DNA of 64,000 nt from Sphaerodactylus townsendi (lineage: Eukaryota): contig NC_059430.1 of assembly GCF_021028975.2 (NCBI RefSeq), positions 49,662,001 through 49,726,000 on the forward strand, in the 5' to 3' direction. This document shows, in pieces, positions 51,299-63,786 of the stretch. Numbering within the stretch: the stretch's first letter is position 1; each line of letters opens with the position of its first letter. The notes under the pieces were generated by a model. It saw only the letters and a program-made list of their open reading frames with translations. It was not told where the DNA came from and searched no databases. Made by a program: the position numbers and the translations under genes.

Positions 51299-52099
51299 AA
51301 GTTCAGAGGAAGCTGCAATTTTTGTTTGTTTGGGTTTAACAAACCTTTAAATTTTTGAATTCTCAAAAAAGCCATCATGGAGATTTGACTTTTGTTTGGG
51401 GGGAACTGAAGTTTTTTTGGAGTATTAAACCTAAATCCGAAAAATACCAGAAAAAATTATGCATGGCTAGCAGCAGTCTCTTTCCTTTTGAGGTTTGTAA
51501 AAAAAAAGCAGAGTGTAAAAAGACTCCTTCTTGGCATTTCGAATGGAAAGAGAAAGAAGAAAGAAATAAATCAGATAGCCGTGCCTCTGAGAGCCTGTGT
51601 TGTTGCCAAGCAGATTCTGTGGCGTAATCTGTAAGCACTGAACTGTGGTTGAATTATGAGCAGGAGCCTCTCTCCCGCTTTTGTTTCAGCCTCCTGGGAG
51701 ATGGGATGTTTCCGGCCTACTAATGTCACAGCATGACCTGTTAATAACCTGTGAAGGAGTATGGCCCAATCAGAAGTCTCCCTCTTCCCCTAGGACTGAG
51801 CAGCTGCAGTCACATGGACTGAATGCCTCACTTGTATGTGGTTCATTGAGAAAAATTCAAGCATGTGGCCTGAGGTTCCCTGCTGACTGTCTGTGGAAGA
51901 TGATTTCTTCCATCTGCTCTGGCTGCCTGCAGCTCCCGGAAGCACACCAAAGAAGATGTGTCTTTGGGTCATGTGTGACATTCCTAATGAAGTCCCAGCT
52001 GCTGTCCAACTGTCTGTGAATATCAGACACATCTGAATTGTCTTTCCACATAGAGAGGAAGAAATCTTTTGCTTAACCCTTTAATCTAAAGCTCTTCAC

Positions 52100-53449
52100 T
52101 TTCTCAACAACTAATCTCAAGTATGAACTATGATAGAACTAAGGATCTTATTAAAGTCAGAATTATGGATGTCAAGAGGCAACATGACAACTTAAAAATC
52201 CTATTCTCAGTAAAATAACTCTTAATAAACCGTCAATAATGCCTTATTTCACTTCTTGGTCTAATGCTAACCATCAAAGAGCCTTCAGCCTACTGCGCAA
52301 CAGAGGCATACCAGGGGTAAATGGTGCTGGGAGACAAATTGTCTCCAGGACGCCCCCAGGCTCTGCTTCCCACCCTGGCTCTGCCCCCCACTGCCCTCGA
52401 CCCCACCCATGTCACCATGGACATGGGCAAGGTCTAAGGTGCCAACCTCCCCCCCAGACTTCCCCTGCCGGCTGGGCTGCCAGCCGGCAGCCTGCAGTCT
52501 CTTCTGACCTCCCCTCCGGGCAGGCCAGAAGAGACTACAGTCCCGGCCTCAGAGACCTTCTTTTATAAGCACTGAGGTCGGGGGGTGGGGCTTAGGGAGC
52601 AGGAAGGGGTGAGACTTCCTGCTCCCCAAACCCCACCCCTGGCCTCAGTGCTTCTAAAAGAAGGTATCCAAGGCCGAGATTGCAGTCTCTTCTGGCCTGC
52701 CCGGAGGGGAGGTCAGAAGAGACTGCAGGCTGCCGGCTGGGAGCCCAGCCAGCAGGGGGGGAAGAAAGGGAGGGGGGAGTCCAGGGCGGGGTTGAGGGTG
52801 CTTGGAGGCAGCAGGAAGTCCTGTTGTCTCATCGTTTTTGCGTGCCTCGGATGGGGTCGAGGCACGTGAAAACGACGAGGCAGCAGAACTTCCTGGTCAC
52901 GTGGGGGGCCAATTTTGCGCCCCCCACGTGACCAGAAGAGTGGCGCCCGAGATACGCCACTGCTGCACGATAATGCCCTTTCGCCTGCCTACATCGAGGG
53001 GATTTATAACAAAGTACCAATTGAGAGCAGAATATGCAGTTATCAAATAGGAGGCATTGAAAATACAGATCATGTTCTATTTGAATGTTTATATTATGAT
53101 GAGATACATAGGATGCTTCTTCCCTATGACAAGGCAAACTCCTTTTTGGCAAATAAAGAAAAGACCAAAATATTGTTATCAGATACAAATAAACAACTAA
53201 CGTATTCTGTTGCCAAGTTTGCCTGGATCTCTAGCAAAATCAGGAAGGTTCGACAGAGCTCTACCGGTTGTGCCAGTTAATTTTCTCTTATTATCAGCTG
53301 GACACTATTTTTACTATATTGTGTTCATAACTTGAATTCTCTAATGCCTTTTTTCTGTATTTTATCATCTGTTATAATCTGTATTTGTATTATTTTAACC
53401 CTTTGTATTTTGCTGGTCAATGACCGTAAATAAATCGTACTATTACTAC
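52100..53449 (+). mobile_element. 5'-truncated LINE (RTEX-like) with 15-bp TSD
   Basis: TSD TCTAAAGCTCTTCAC at 52085-52099 and 53450-53464. Removing the nested MITE restores RAFSLLR-DNALS...RIC...HVLFEC.YY...VAKF. AATAAA plus (TAC)n tail. Clade assignment is from memory of the motif. Confidence 0.82.
52301..52962. mobile_element. hAT-type element nested in the LINE, with internal palindromes
   Basis: CAGAGGCATA...TACGCCACTG; TSD CTGCGCAA/CTGCACGA, both derivable from CTGCGCGA by CpG decay. Confidence 0.85.
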
Positions 53450-55003
53450 TCTAAAGCTCTTCACAGAATGTATGTAATGATAAGGCATGAGGAAACCAAA
53501 TTATTTAGCAGCTTATTTAGCTTAATAGATTGTATTTCTCTAATACCCGTAGCTGTTGCTGCTTGAGAGAAAAGCAGAGACTAGTATTTATTTTGGATTA
53601 ATGAAGCAATAATGAAGTGTATATCTGCCAGTTGTAATTTGGCTGTATTCCAAATGGACTTATTTAACCACTCTGGGTCACTTTATGGAAAAGGACAGTT
53701 GTTTAAAATGCTTATTAGAATTTCACAGCAAATTAATACACAAACTGCACAAAATACCACCAGGACCGTGTTTTGCATCCTTGCAATGAGGATGTGTATT
53801 TAGGGTTCTTGGAGCCTGCTGAGATTCTGTCAGATGCTTGGTCCTCATCTGCTAATAGTACCTTTCCAAGTGATGGCTGATTTGCAAGTGGTGGGTTGCC
53901 TAGTCACAATCCAGAGATTCTGTGTATACTTCTCTATCTCATGATGTATCTGTGCCCCTTCCTTTTGTGTCTTCTCAGGCATTTTGTGTCTTCTCAGGCA
54001 TTCGAACTGTATCAGTATATAAAGGGGTTACCAGTCTGCTGGGTATTCTTTTTGATTTTTTACTTCACATTTTAAAAGAAACAAGGGAATAACACCCACC
54101 AGTTAATAACAACTATTTGTAAGTTACTTTTGCAATCCTAAACACATGCACTCTGAAGTAAATCCCACAGAGTTCAATGGAACTTACTCCCTTGTAAATG
54201 TGCTTGGGATGCTATCCTTAGGGATCCAAATGGTTATTTAGTTTGTTTGTTACACACTGTCCTTAATGCCAAGTAGCAGTCTTTGTTAACTCAGTGCTAA
54301 GCTCAGGGGGAGAGAGAATAATCTTTCACCGCTTTCTGAGGAAGGAATACTTTGCTCTAGCATCAGCCCACTTCTTCCTTCTTGCCTGAGGTGGTGCAAT
54401 CCTAGTACCATCTGTCTTCTAAAGATAAGTGGGAATGCCTTGAGCACAAAAAGATGCCCCTCCACCCCTGCTGCCAGAATAACAAGATAAAAGAACATGG
54501 AATAAACAAGGGCAAAGAAATCCTTCCATCGTGACCATTTTTACTTCCACATGAGTGATAAATCTGCTATTAACTTATGTTAACTCCATTGTATTATTAC
54601 TATGGTTGTTACAAGTACCATTTGTAAATATTTATAAAGCACTAATAAGGTTTGTGCAAGAAGGTTGAACTTTGAAGAATATTTATATGCCTATAGGGAC
54701 AAACACACTCCACAGAGATCCTCCTTATATACATGATCCCCATTTATTCTGAAAGGACAGTGCACATGCATTCCAGTTTCAAAATGTACACACCAGATAA
54801 AATAACTGGCAGTCATGCATATTAGGGAGGATCATGTGTAGTATTTTGTTCAGTACGTGCTAAGAATATAACATCTATATCCCAAAGAGATTCTATTCAT
54901 AATAGTATTTTCTTTTTAAAAGTTGCTCATCTGTGTCTCCCAAAAATCACTCAGAAAGGACAATTTCATACTTTTTCTAAAAGAAAAAACTTTGAGTGAA
55001 GGA

Positions 55004-55488
55004 CAGCCCAATTCAGAGCCCATGCTGGTGGAATGCAGCACTTCTGCAGCACTACCCTGCGATCTCCATGAGGGCTTAGCAGCAGCATGGGGAGGCAAAA
55101 AGAACCCAAAACAGAAAAAACCTCCCACCACTGAATGCCCTCCCCCCAATTAGGCCTATGGACTTATGCCGCTGAAAAGGTGGTGTAAACCCAAGTAACC
55201 CCAAAAGGTGGCATAAGCCCAAGTCCCCAGCACGGGTGTTCCAGCAGCCAAAGGCTGGGAGGAAACTGACTCGTGTCATGCCTCTGGAATGCCCCTGCTA
55301 TGCCTGTGAAGGTGCAGGAGCGCTGATGCAGTGTCAATGCCATGTCTGGCTGCCATGGGGGGCTTGGTGGCTGCTCACTGGTGGATTTGCTCCGCCACCG
55401 GGATAAGTGCCCCAGAGAGGGCAAATCTGCTGGTGCAGCCCAGCACTGCCTCCATAAGCGGATTCGGCCTCCCCTCTGGATTGGGATG
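55004..55488. mobile_element. MITE (CAGCCCAAT...ATTGGGATG termini)
   Basis: Imperfect TIRs and a GC-rich interior against AT-rich flanks. Confidence 0.55.
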
Positions 55489-55524
55489 TGAATCACTTTT
55501 ATTAATGGAACTTTTAAAAAGACA

Positions 55525-56266
55525 CAGGTGCACTCTAATCTGGTGCAGGTGCACTCTAATCTGGAGAAGCAAGTTTGATTCCCTGCTCTGCCACTTGAGC
55601 TGTGGAGCTTATCTGGGGAACTAGATTAGCCTGTGCACTCCAACACGTGCCAACTGGGTGACCTTGGGAAAGTCATAACTCTTCGGAGCCACCTACCCCA
55701 CAGGGTGTTTGTTGTGGGCAGAGGTGTAGCTGGGTCAGAGTGCGCCCAGTGCACACTCTGGCTTTTTTGCTCACCCCCCTTGTGGCACCTCGCCCCCCCC
55801 CCACGGAACCCCACCTCACTTACTGTAGCAAACCGAGCAGGCTGGAGAAGAGGCCTGACTGTTTCCTTCCAGGCTGCAAATGACCTGGTGGGAACTACAT
55901 TTCCCAGGGTCTCCTGGGAAATGTAGTTTGCACCTGAAACAGTTGAAACCTGGAAGGGAACACGAGCAGGCCACCTCATCTCAACCTGCTCCAATTAAAA
56001 AAAATAAGGAATTATTATTATTATTGAAGTCTTGAGGAGTGAGCTGAGCAGCTGACCAATGAGGGGGGAGGGGGAAGAGGCAGGGAATTTTCTGCCCCCC
56101 ACGTGACCCAAAGCCATGCGCCCGGTGCATGGTGCACCCCCTATCCCCTGGTAGCCCCGCCAATGGTTTTGGGGGGAAGAGAAAGGAGATTGTAAGCCCC
56201 TTTAAGTCTCCTTGCAGGAGAGAAAGGGGGCTATAAATCCATCTTCTTTTTCTTCTTCTTCTTCTT
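55525..56266 (+). mobile_element. tRNA-derived SINE split by a hAT MITE
   Basis: Head/core at 55525-55718 and tail at 56166-56266 ending in (TTC)n; same family as 27155. Confidence 0.85.
55719..56165. mobile_element. hAT MITE nested in SINE
   Basis: CAGAGGTGTAGC...GCCCCGCCAATG; TSD GTTGTGGG/GTTTTGGG. Confidence 0.8.
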
Positions 56267-57210
56267 GAAAACCATACTGGTTCACTATAAGTGAGCTGCA
56301 ACTTGGCAGCACTTTCTACCACCACAGGGAAGAGTTTGTAAGAAGAAAATATTTCTGAATCAGATAGTGCCTTCCTTGACCTCTGTATTATTTCAATAGA
56401 CAGGCTGCTTTCTAATGGCCTGTCCAAAGATTAGTTCTTTGTCCACTCAGGTAAGATAGATGATGAGCAGGGGTAATATAGACAATCAGGAGAGGTGACA
56501 TACAGATTGTTTACAGACTAATATTAAATTGCAAGCATTTCCTTCTTTGTGGATTGAATGCCAGGACCATGGATTGAATGCCAGAGAGGCTAACTACAGA
56601 TATTAACTACTCTGCTATCATCAATGATCTACATTTTCATTTGGAAAATCAATTGATTTTCACATTATGGCCACACAAGTAAAAATCAATTATTGCATAC
56701 TCATTTACCATACATCTCTGAAACTCATCAGTGCTTTGAGAAGTAAAAGGCAGCTCCTTCAATGTTAAGCTGCGGCTCTGGGAGGCAGAGATTGTTCTAA
56801 ATATGGAATCTTCAAGGCTCCTTCTGTTTCAACATTCATTCAGAGAGAATTCCTGCCCAGTGTTCATGAATCAACTGTACATTTTTACACTCACAGTTCC
56901 ATTGTATTATACCCAACTGGCCTTATTAACTATTCCTGTCAGGCAGAGCTTATCTTGGCTGGCAGTTTCAAGTGAGGAAGCAAAAGGCTGTGAAATGGCT
57001 TTAATAAATATGGTAATAAAGGACTTGAGATGGAAATCAGAATCGTGACTCACTGTTTTATTTGCAGTGTCTTCCACTACAGATTAATAATGAAGGCTCA
57101 TGTGTTGATCAGGTCTATCAAGGGAAACAGTACTTAGATTTATATTCACATGAATGAAACATCACTTCGACAAATGTAATCCCTCAGGTATTGTATCTGT
57201 ACAAATAGAA

Positions 57211-57414
57211 CCAATATGGTAGAATGTCAGACTGGGAACTGGGAGACCCAGGTTCAAATCCCCACCCTGCCATGGGTGACTTTTGACCTGTGACACACAG
57301 CATACCCTACCTCACAAGATTATTATGAAGTTAAAATGGAGCAGAGGAGAACAATGTAAGCTGCTTTGGGTGCTCAAAGACAGGGCATAAGTTATATATA
57401 GCTAAATAAATGAA
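57211..57414 (+). mobile_element. tRNA-derived SINE (CORE/L2 tail)
   Basis: ctgggagacccaggttcaaatcccc B-box; cctacctcacaagattattatgaagttaaaatgg. Confidence 0.75.
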
Positions 57415-59260
57415 TAGCTGCCATTTCAGTGGCAGTGAAGCTGCAATCTTCTTGTCCCTGTGTTCTCCTTTCAAGACCTCTTGAAACTTCGGCTGTATTC
57501 ATACATATTATATAATAACAACTGTGGAAAACTGTGCATACAGCTGGCTTGTTGCTGATGGTGAAATAAGCCCTAATAAAAATGCTGTTCAGGAAACCTC
57601 TCCAAACAGCATAGGCCTTCATGTTATCTGTGCTGTACACTGACTGCATGTGTGTTACTTGCTAGTTTTTTTCATTTTATTTAGGAAAATTCCACAAGAG
57701 ATCATTAACCTTTTATGGCACAGAAGCACAGCAGGACACTGGAGGAATAAAGCCCACGTTCCTTTGACTATATATGGCAACATATCTTATTTCTTAAATA
57801 ACTTGCTAATCAAAGAGAGGTTTTTAACAGCTGGGGTAGTACTTGGAATAAATAAGGGTGTTAGAGTCTTGACAGCAAAAAATAGAAAAAAGGGTTTTAC
57901 AGTGAACAGTCTGTAAGGTAAACATCATGTTCAACATCTATGGTCACTAGTGAGCTGAGTCTCAGACCTATTTTGCACATTCTCCTACAAACTGAATAGC
58001 TATCAAACAGCTTTGCAGCTGTTTGATAGCTATGGTGGTGGAGTTTTGTTTCCTTATGGTGATGGAGTTTCCTTCTTTGCATGTACTTTTACATCTGCCC
58101 ATTAGATGAAATCAATTATCCCCAAGGGTCAGGTGAGGTAATTGGAGAGCAACTGCATATCCTATAAGGTTAGGGTAAAAGGCACATGTGTAATGTAACC
58201 TCAATACATATTAATAAGACTTTAAAAAAACACGAAGTATTTATATCTGGGTGACTGATCGCTTTGCTCATTCTTTATTTTACACAATTGGCTACTGAGC
58301 AGTATACAGTAGCCACAGGACTATGCGAGAGGAAGAAACTAGACATTTCACTAGGCTGTGTGTGTATGATATGTATGGGTGAAACTGCTGAGTGTACTGT
58401 ACTATATTGTGAATATGTGAAAGTAACCTTGTGAGCATTTTCAAACTGCTCATGAACAGCCAAATGACTGACAAAAAACTGGCTCATTCATAACTGCCAA
58501 ACACATGAATTAAACCAGTGGATACGTATAACTCTCATATTATAGATAGGAATCTGAACTTTAAAATGGTGTGACTAAAGAATTGTCCGAACAACTATGT
58601 TATGCTTGCTTCTCAGAAATAAAAAAGGAAACAATACAAGTAGTTAGATCACTTCAGCTTTCAATTCTGTATTAAAAGATATTTGGCTGATTGAGAAAAC
58701 AGTCTTAAGCAGAACTACTCAGAGTCCTACACGCAAGTATATTCAATTAGTCTTATTCCATGGAAAGTGTTTTAGGGTGGTACTTAGGACACTTTCCTTG
58801 GAGTTAGCCTCATTAAATAACATACTTCTGAGTATATCTGCGTAGGCATACCTCAGAGAGCAACCAGATTCCACAGCAGTAGACCCATTAATACAGGCCA
58901 TCAGAGCTTTGCTTGTTCAACTTTTCTTTAGCTGTCTATTTTTGCCTTTTGAAAGCTGTTGGGAATTATGTTTTAAGTCTATGCAGGTAAAATAAAATCT
59001 AGTATATTGTGATAGTTTAAGACAGGGGTTCTCAAGCTTGTTAAGCCTGCAGTTACCTTTGGAATTCTGACACAGGGTAGCCATAACAGCAAAATGGCAG
59101 ACACAAAAGGTGGAAACAGACACAGAATGTCAGGAAGTGAGATCATGCATAACTCTAATAGTAATGCTTCAACATTTCAGGGAGAAGCTCTGTTTAACAG
59201 AATGCTGTTACAAATGAGCATATTGTTTTAAACATTTTCTTGACTATACATAGCTTACCC

Positions 59261-59452
59261 TAGTGGTGGGATCCAAAAATTTTAATAACAGGTTCCGATG
59301 GTGGTGGGATTCAAACAGTGGCGCGGCTGCACACACGCACCTCCAGTCCCTATTGGGCAGGGAGGTTGCTTTAGTAACCCCTTCTCGGCATTCAGAAAAA
59401 ATTAGTAACCACTTCTAGAGAAGTGTTGGGAACTGGTTGGATTCCACCTCTG
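59261..59452. mobile_element. hAT MITE with 8-bp TSD
   Basis: TAGTGGTGGGATCCAA...TTGGATTCCACCTCTG; TSD GCTTACCC/GCTTAGCC. Ends are related to the 9547 family. Confidence 0.8.
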
Positions 59453-59850
59453 GCTTAGCCTCAGTAAGACCATGAATATCCTTGAGTTGTGATGGCAGTT
59501 GCTGTTAGACAGTTGTGGAGCTACCAGGGGTCAGTGTGTGTGTGTATGCGTGCCACGCACTGGGCGCACGGCTTTTGGTCACGTGGGGGTGGAAAATACA
59601 GAGATCCTACTACATGTCTGTGAAGTTGTGCTCAGCCAAAAATGAATCATATAAATCTGTTTCCATCCCATATTCTAGTTCCTGTACAGCATAAAAGCCA
59701 TCAATTTGCCATCGACTTCCTTGTTTGCATTCATACATTCCTTGCCATTCATAGATTTTAGTGTGAAGCATGTGCCATGTATTTCCAGTCATGTGAATCC
59801 CATTACATGTCAATTTAGAAAGTGTCAATAGGACTACAGTCAATGAAAAT

Positions 59851-59867
59851 GCCACCATCTGCTGGCA
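59851..59867 (-). promoter_or_regulatory. CTCF-like motif
   Basis: Minus strand TGCCAGCAGATGGTGGC is a partial match to the CTCF core, in sequence with no recognised repeat. Confidence 0.3.
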
Positions 59868-61610
59868 GCATGTTTGCAGAAAAGCATCTGTGTGTGGGTG
59901 GTTCTGGGAATTAATGATGTTGTAATGTAACGCACAGCCATAACTGATGAGGATTTGGTGAAAGTAAAATTAGCACAGTCCACAGCATGGTTATTAAATT
60001 GGGAAATGGGTGAAAGTTGAAATAGAAGGAATTTTATTGAGCGCCTTTATAAATTCATTCTATAGCATCACTCTACAAGCAATATAGTATTGTCAAACAC
60101 AGAAATAGAGAAGATGCAACACTTTGAGCAACTTACTTAAATGAAATACTGTTCAAAGTCCCACTGATCTTATGAAATCATGGGCAAAATAATGGTGCAA
60201 AGATTAAGCAATATAGTAATTAGTAGAATCCTTGGTGCATTGTAAATGGATATCAGATAAAATCATAAAGGAAACCCAAGGTTAAATTTAGAAATTAGGA
60301 CACTGGACTTTTCTCCTGGAGGAGGATTTTCAGAAAATGCAGTAAAACACACTGCAATGTGCATTTGTAGCCTGGAAGGAGTGCTGCCTCCCCCCCGCTT
60401 TTTTTTTTTTTTGGAAAATGAACTGCTAGTGATATTACTGAGGCAAATTTCAAATACAGTCATTACAACAAAATCATGAGAACTATTTCATTCTGAGAAC
60501 AGTGTTACTACTACTGGACTGAGTGCCATAATTCTTGCTGCATTTATCGCTGTCAGACAAAGAGAAATAGCTACTGACAAAGCACAGCAAGAGGACATTT
60601 GGCAAATGAAGAGATGTAGGTCATCTCTCTCTCTCCTTCTCTCTCACACCCACTCATTCACATTCACTCACACATGGGGGTGGGCAGAGAGAATCTTGGT
60701 TTAAATTGAGGCAAAAGCATTAAGACAGTAACAGTAGCCTAGTTTAAAGAAATACTGTGCAAGCTTGAAGTCCTAGGAGAGAATTCTTTGTCTTCAGCCA
60801 GTCATATTTAAATATAGGCCAGTCTCTCACATGCAGAGTTCCTATCCCCTTTATATTCAAATTTCCATGAGCCAGTAAGATTATGTTACATTATTCAGTT
60901 TGCATTATTCAGAGCTATTAAAGCTCTGCCCAGAAAAGGCCACAACTCATTTGTATATATTGATTCCTTTGAAAGCATGTTAATTAATATCAAAGTGGCA
61001 GAAGGCCTGGTTTAAACCTATGTAGGTGCCGACTCTAATTTGGTTGTTGCTAAAGATCTTTAATCCAATAAAGCTGCTTCTCTTCTCTGGCACAAGGACT
61101 GCAAAGCTGATGCCAAAGAAATAAGGCTAAGATTTCATTGAGTCTGTGTGACTTCTTTCTCTCCTGTCCTTCACATTTTGCAAAAATAAAGAAATCACTT
61201 AGAACTGCACCCAGATTTGCTATGAAGGAAGGAAACCGTATCTGAATAGAAATTTAGAAAGAAGGAACACAGACATTACCAGAACCTGGAAGAGTGGAGC
61301 CACCTTGTGGTTTATTTAAAAACCTCAGCAAAGTAATATCTTTTATGTGGACCCATCAAAATATCACGTTAATGACCAAACTTTAGAGTTCTGGGGAGTG
61401 GGACTGGTTATGGCAAAGGTCAGGTTGTACCAGAGCTGTATGATATTTTAAAATCTTAGCTTTCAAAACATTTACCATTGCACACACCCATGCTAAGTAG
61501 ATATATAATTTGTTCAAACTATTTTAATTCTTGAATTCATGCTATACCCCTTTTTTGAAAGATATGGGACAGCAGAGAAGTGGGGCTACAGAACTATCAT
61601 GCATTTATAG

Positions 61611-61798
61611 AACTGATCTTGGTGGTCCAGTCTAGCCTGATCTTATCAGATTTCAAAAGCAAAGCAGGCTTAGTCATGTTTATTACTTTGATGGGAGACT
61701 ACCAAGGTTTGCTAATCACAGGCAGAGAATGCCTTCCCTTGAAAATCCTACAGGGTTACCATGAATCAGCTACAACTTGATAGCACTTCCCACCACCA
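61611..61798 (+). mobile_element. 5S rRNA-derived SINE with RTE-type tail
   Basis: gcctgatcttatcagatttcaaaagcaaagcagg...tactttgatgggagact resembles the 5S internal promoter; tail gggttaccatgaatcag...acttgatagcac. Confidence 0.75.
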
Positions 61799-61822
61799 AT
61801 CCTAAAATGTTTATAATGACTT

Positions 61823-61918
61823 GTCTCTGTGTACCAATCCTGGTATGAACCTCAGCCAACCCTACTTAGCTTCTGAGATGTGACGAGATTGGGCTAACCT
61901 AGGCCATCAGGTCAGGGC
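61823..61918 (-). mobile_element. 5S rRNA-derived SINE head
   Basis: Minus strand gcccaatctcgtcacatctcagaagctaagtagggttggc matches 5S rRNA. Confidence 0.75.
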
Positions 61919-62092
61919 AAACTCACTGAACTTTTATTGTTTTTAATTATATGAGGTTAGTACTCATCCTTGCAAAAATCTTTGCAAACATCCTTGCGAA
62001 GAGCTGGGCCATGTCAGTTCATTAACTGAGCAATCCTAAGGACATTTTCTATGTGTAAAGCCTATTGAATAGGATTCTGCACATGCACAACA

Positions 62093-62435
62093 AAGCTAGA
62101 GTTGTGTAATGGTTAGAGGATGTTGGAGATCCAGGTTTGAATTCCCACTCTGCCATGGAAAGTAGGACTGCCAAAGTCCAGGTAAGGCCTGGAGATATCC
62201 CAGAATTGCAATTGATCTCCAGTCTACAGTTCTTCTGGAAGAATGAGCATTTTGGCGGATAGACTCTATGATATACCATAATTTATGAGAAACTAAAGTC
62301 CTACAGTGATATCACATCATGCTGAGCTCCTTTTCCAATTCCACCCTCCCAGACTCTATCCCCAATTCACTAGGAATATTCCAACCCAGAGCTGGCAACC
62401 GCACGTGGAAACTTGCTCGGTGACCTTGGGCTAAT

Positions 62436-62470
<35 letters not shown>

Positions 62471-62600
62471 TAAGCTATCTTACCTGGTGGTCACAAACAT
62501 AAAATGGAGGAGGCAAAGAGAGAAACGTAAGCCTGTTGGGGTCTCCAGTGGGAGTAAAGGTGGAGTAATTATGAATGTAATAATGAATGAATAAATGAAT
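62093..62600 (+). mobile_element. tRNA-derived SINE interrupted by hAT-like MITE (62163-62403) and (CA)n (62437-62463)
   Basis: Head tgtgtaatggttagag...ggtttgaattcccactctgccatggaa resumes at gcacgtggaaacttgctcggtgaccttggg. The insert ends in agagctggcaacc. Confidence 0.78.
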
Positions 62601-63786
62601 ACCACAAGTTAAGCATATAGAATGTGGCTGTAATCGTCTGGAAATTCTGTGATTAGAGCATCCAGAATGTTCAGAGCTTAGTTAGCAGTAGGGGATGGGA
62701 AAAATCAAGTATGAACCAAAGTACCAACAGACAGGATTTTAAAGCCTTCCCCCTGCATCATTTTCCCTTGGGGAGTGTTATAATCCTTGTTGTAAAAATG
62801 TATATGTATCTGATAGTGCTCCTAACCAGGGATGATTTTGATTGGAAAAACAGTGTGGGGGTGGGGAGGCTTAAAAGGATCTTGTGCCATTGCCCAACTC
62901 CAAATCAGAGCTCTGAATGCCTGGTTTCAAAAAATGTCGGGACCATACACAGAACTCCCAGAGCATCACGTACTTACCCTTGATTTTACAACGTGAAAAG
63001 ATATGCGGGAGAATAAACACAACTTTTGACTCTCCAAGCTGTGTCTTCTTGTTATGTTTTGTAACTGCTCAGATGATTAATAATACCCTGTTCTTGTCCC
63101 TCTAAAGCCATGAGATTTCCTGAGATGCCATGCACGGCTGGTAGGCCACAAGTGGGCCACACGTTGTTCAGTGCCCAGACTCAACACGACAACAATGCTT
63201 TGAACTCTGTTATCCACTGAACCTATTAAAATATTTGCTTCCTCTCTTACAATATCTGATTACATGTTAGGGGGGCAGCATATCTAGGACAAGTAAACAA
63301 ACAGATGGACAACATCCTACATAACAGAAGGCAGAATCTTGATCTGTGCATTTGATACCAGCTATATCTTAGCTGCTGTTTGATGTTTGCAGATTCTGGA
63401 GCAAATTAGCCTTAGCATTTTCCTTCATTCAATCCACTTTAGTAGCAATACATTATCTTCTGCATAATGAACGATGAAGTTGTATATTACACCCATCTTC
63501 CCTTTCATTCATTCAAAGGTTAGCAGTTGGTTCACATGGACATCAGGAACTTTTCTGGCATCTATTTTTTCCAAATGAGAGGACTCTTCATTGTTTGCTC
63601 CTTCTTCCCAGAGTATAAGTGTTGTAATATAACAAGAGGGGTGACAAAATCACATATCTGTCAGGATCTAATGCCAAATGCTCACAAGACTGGGTCTTGA
63701 CTTGAAGATCTGTTTCCCACCCTCAAAAAATTCTTTGTATTTTGTAACATCTGATCTTATGAAGACTTCTGATGAGAGTGCACTCA

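Noticed and set aside
59945-59965. CTGATGA...GAAA hammerhead core
   Set aside because: The intervening bases cannot form stem II, and no flanking stems were found.
61611-61918. 5S rRNA genes
   Set aside because: Diverged, partial and one is fused to a LINE-type tail, so these are SINEs rather than rRNA genes.
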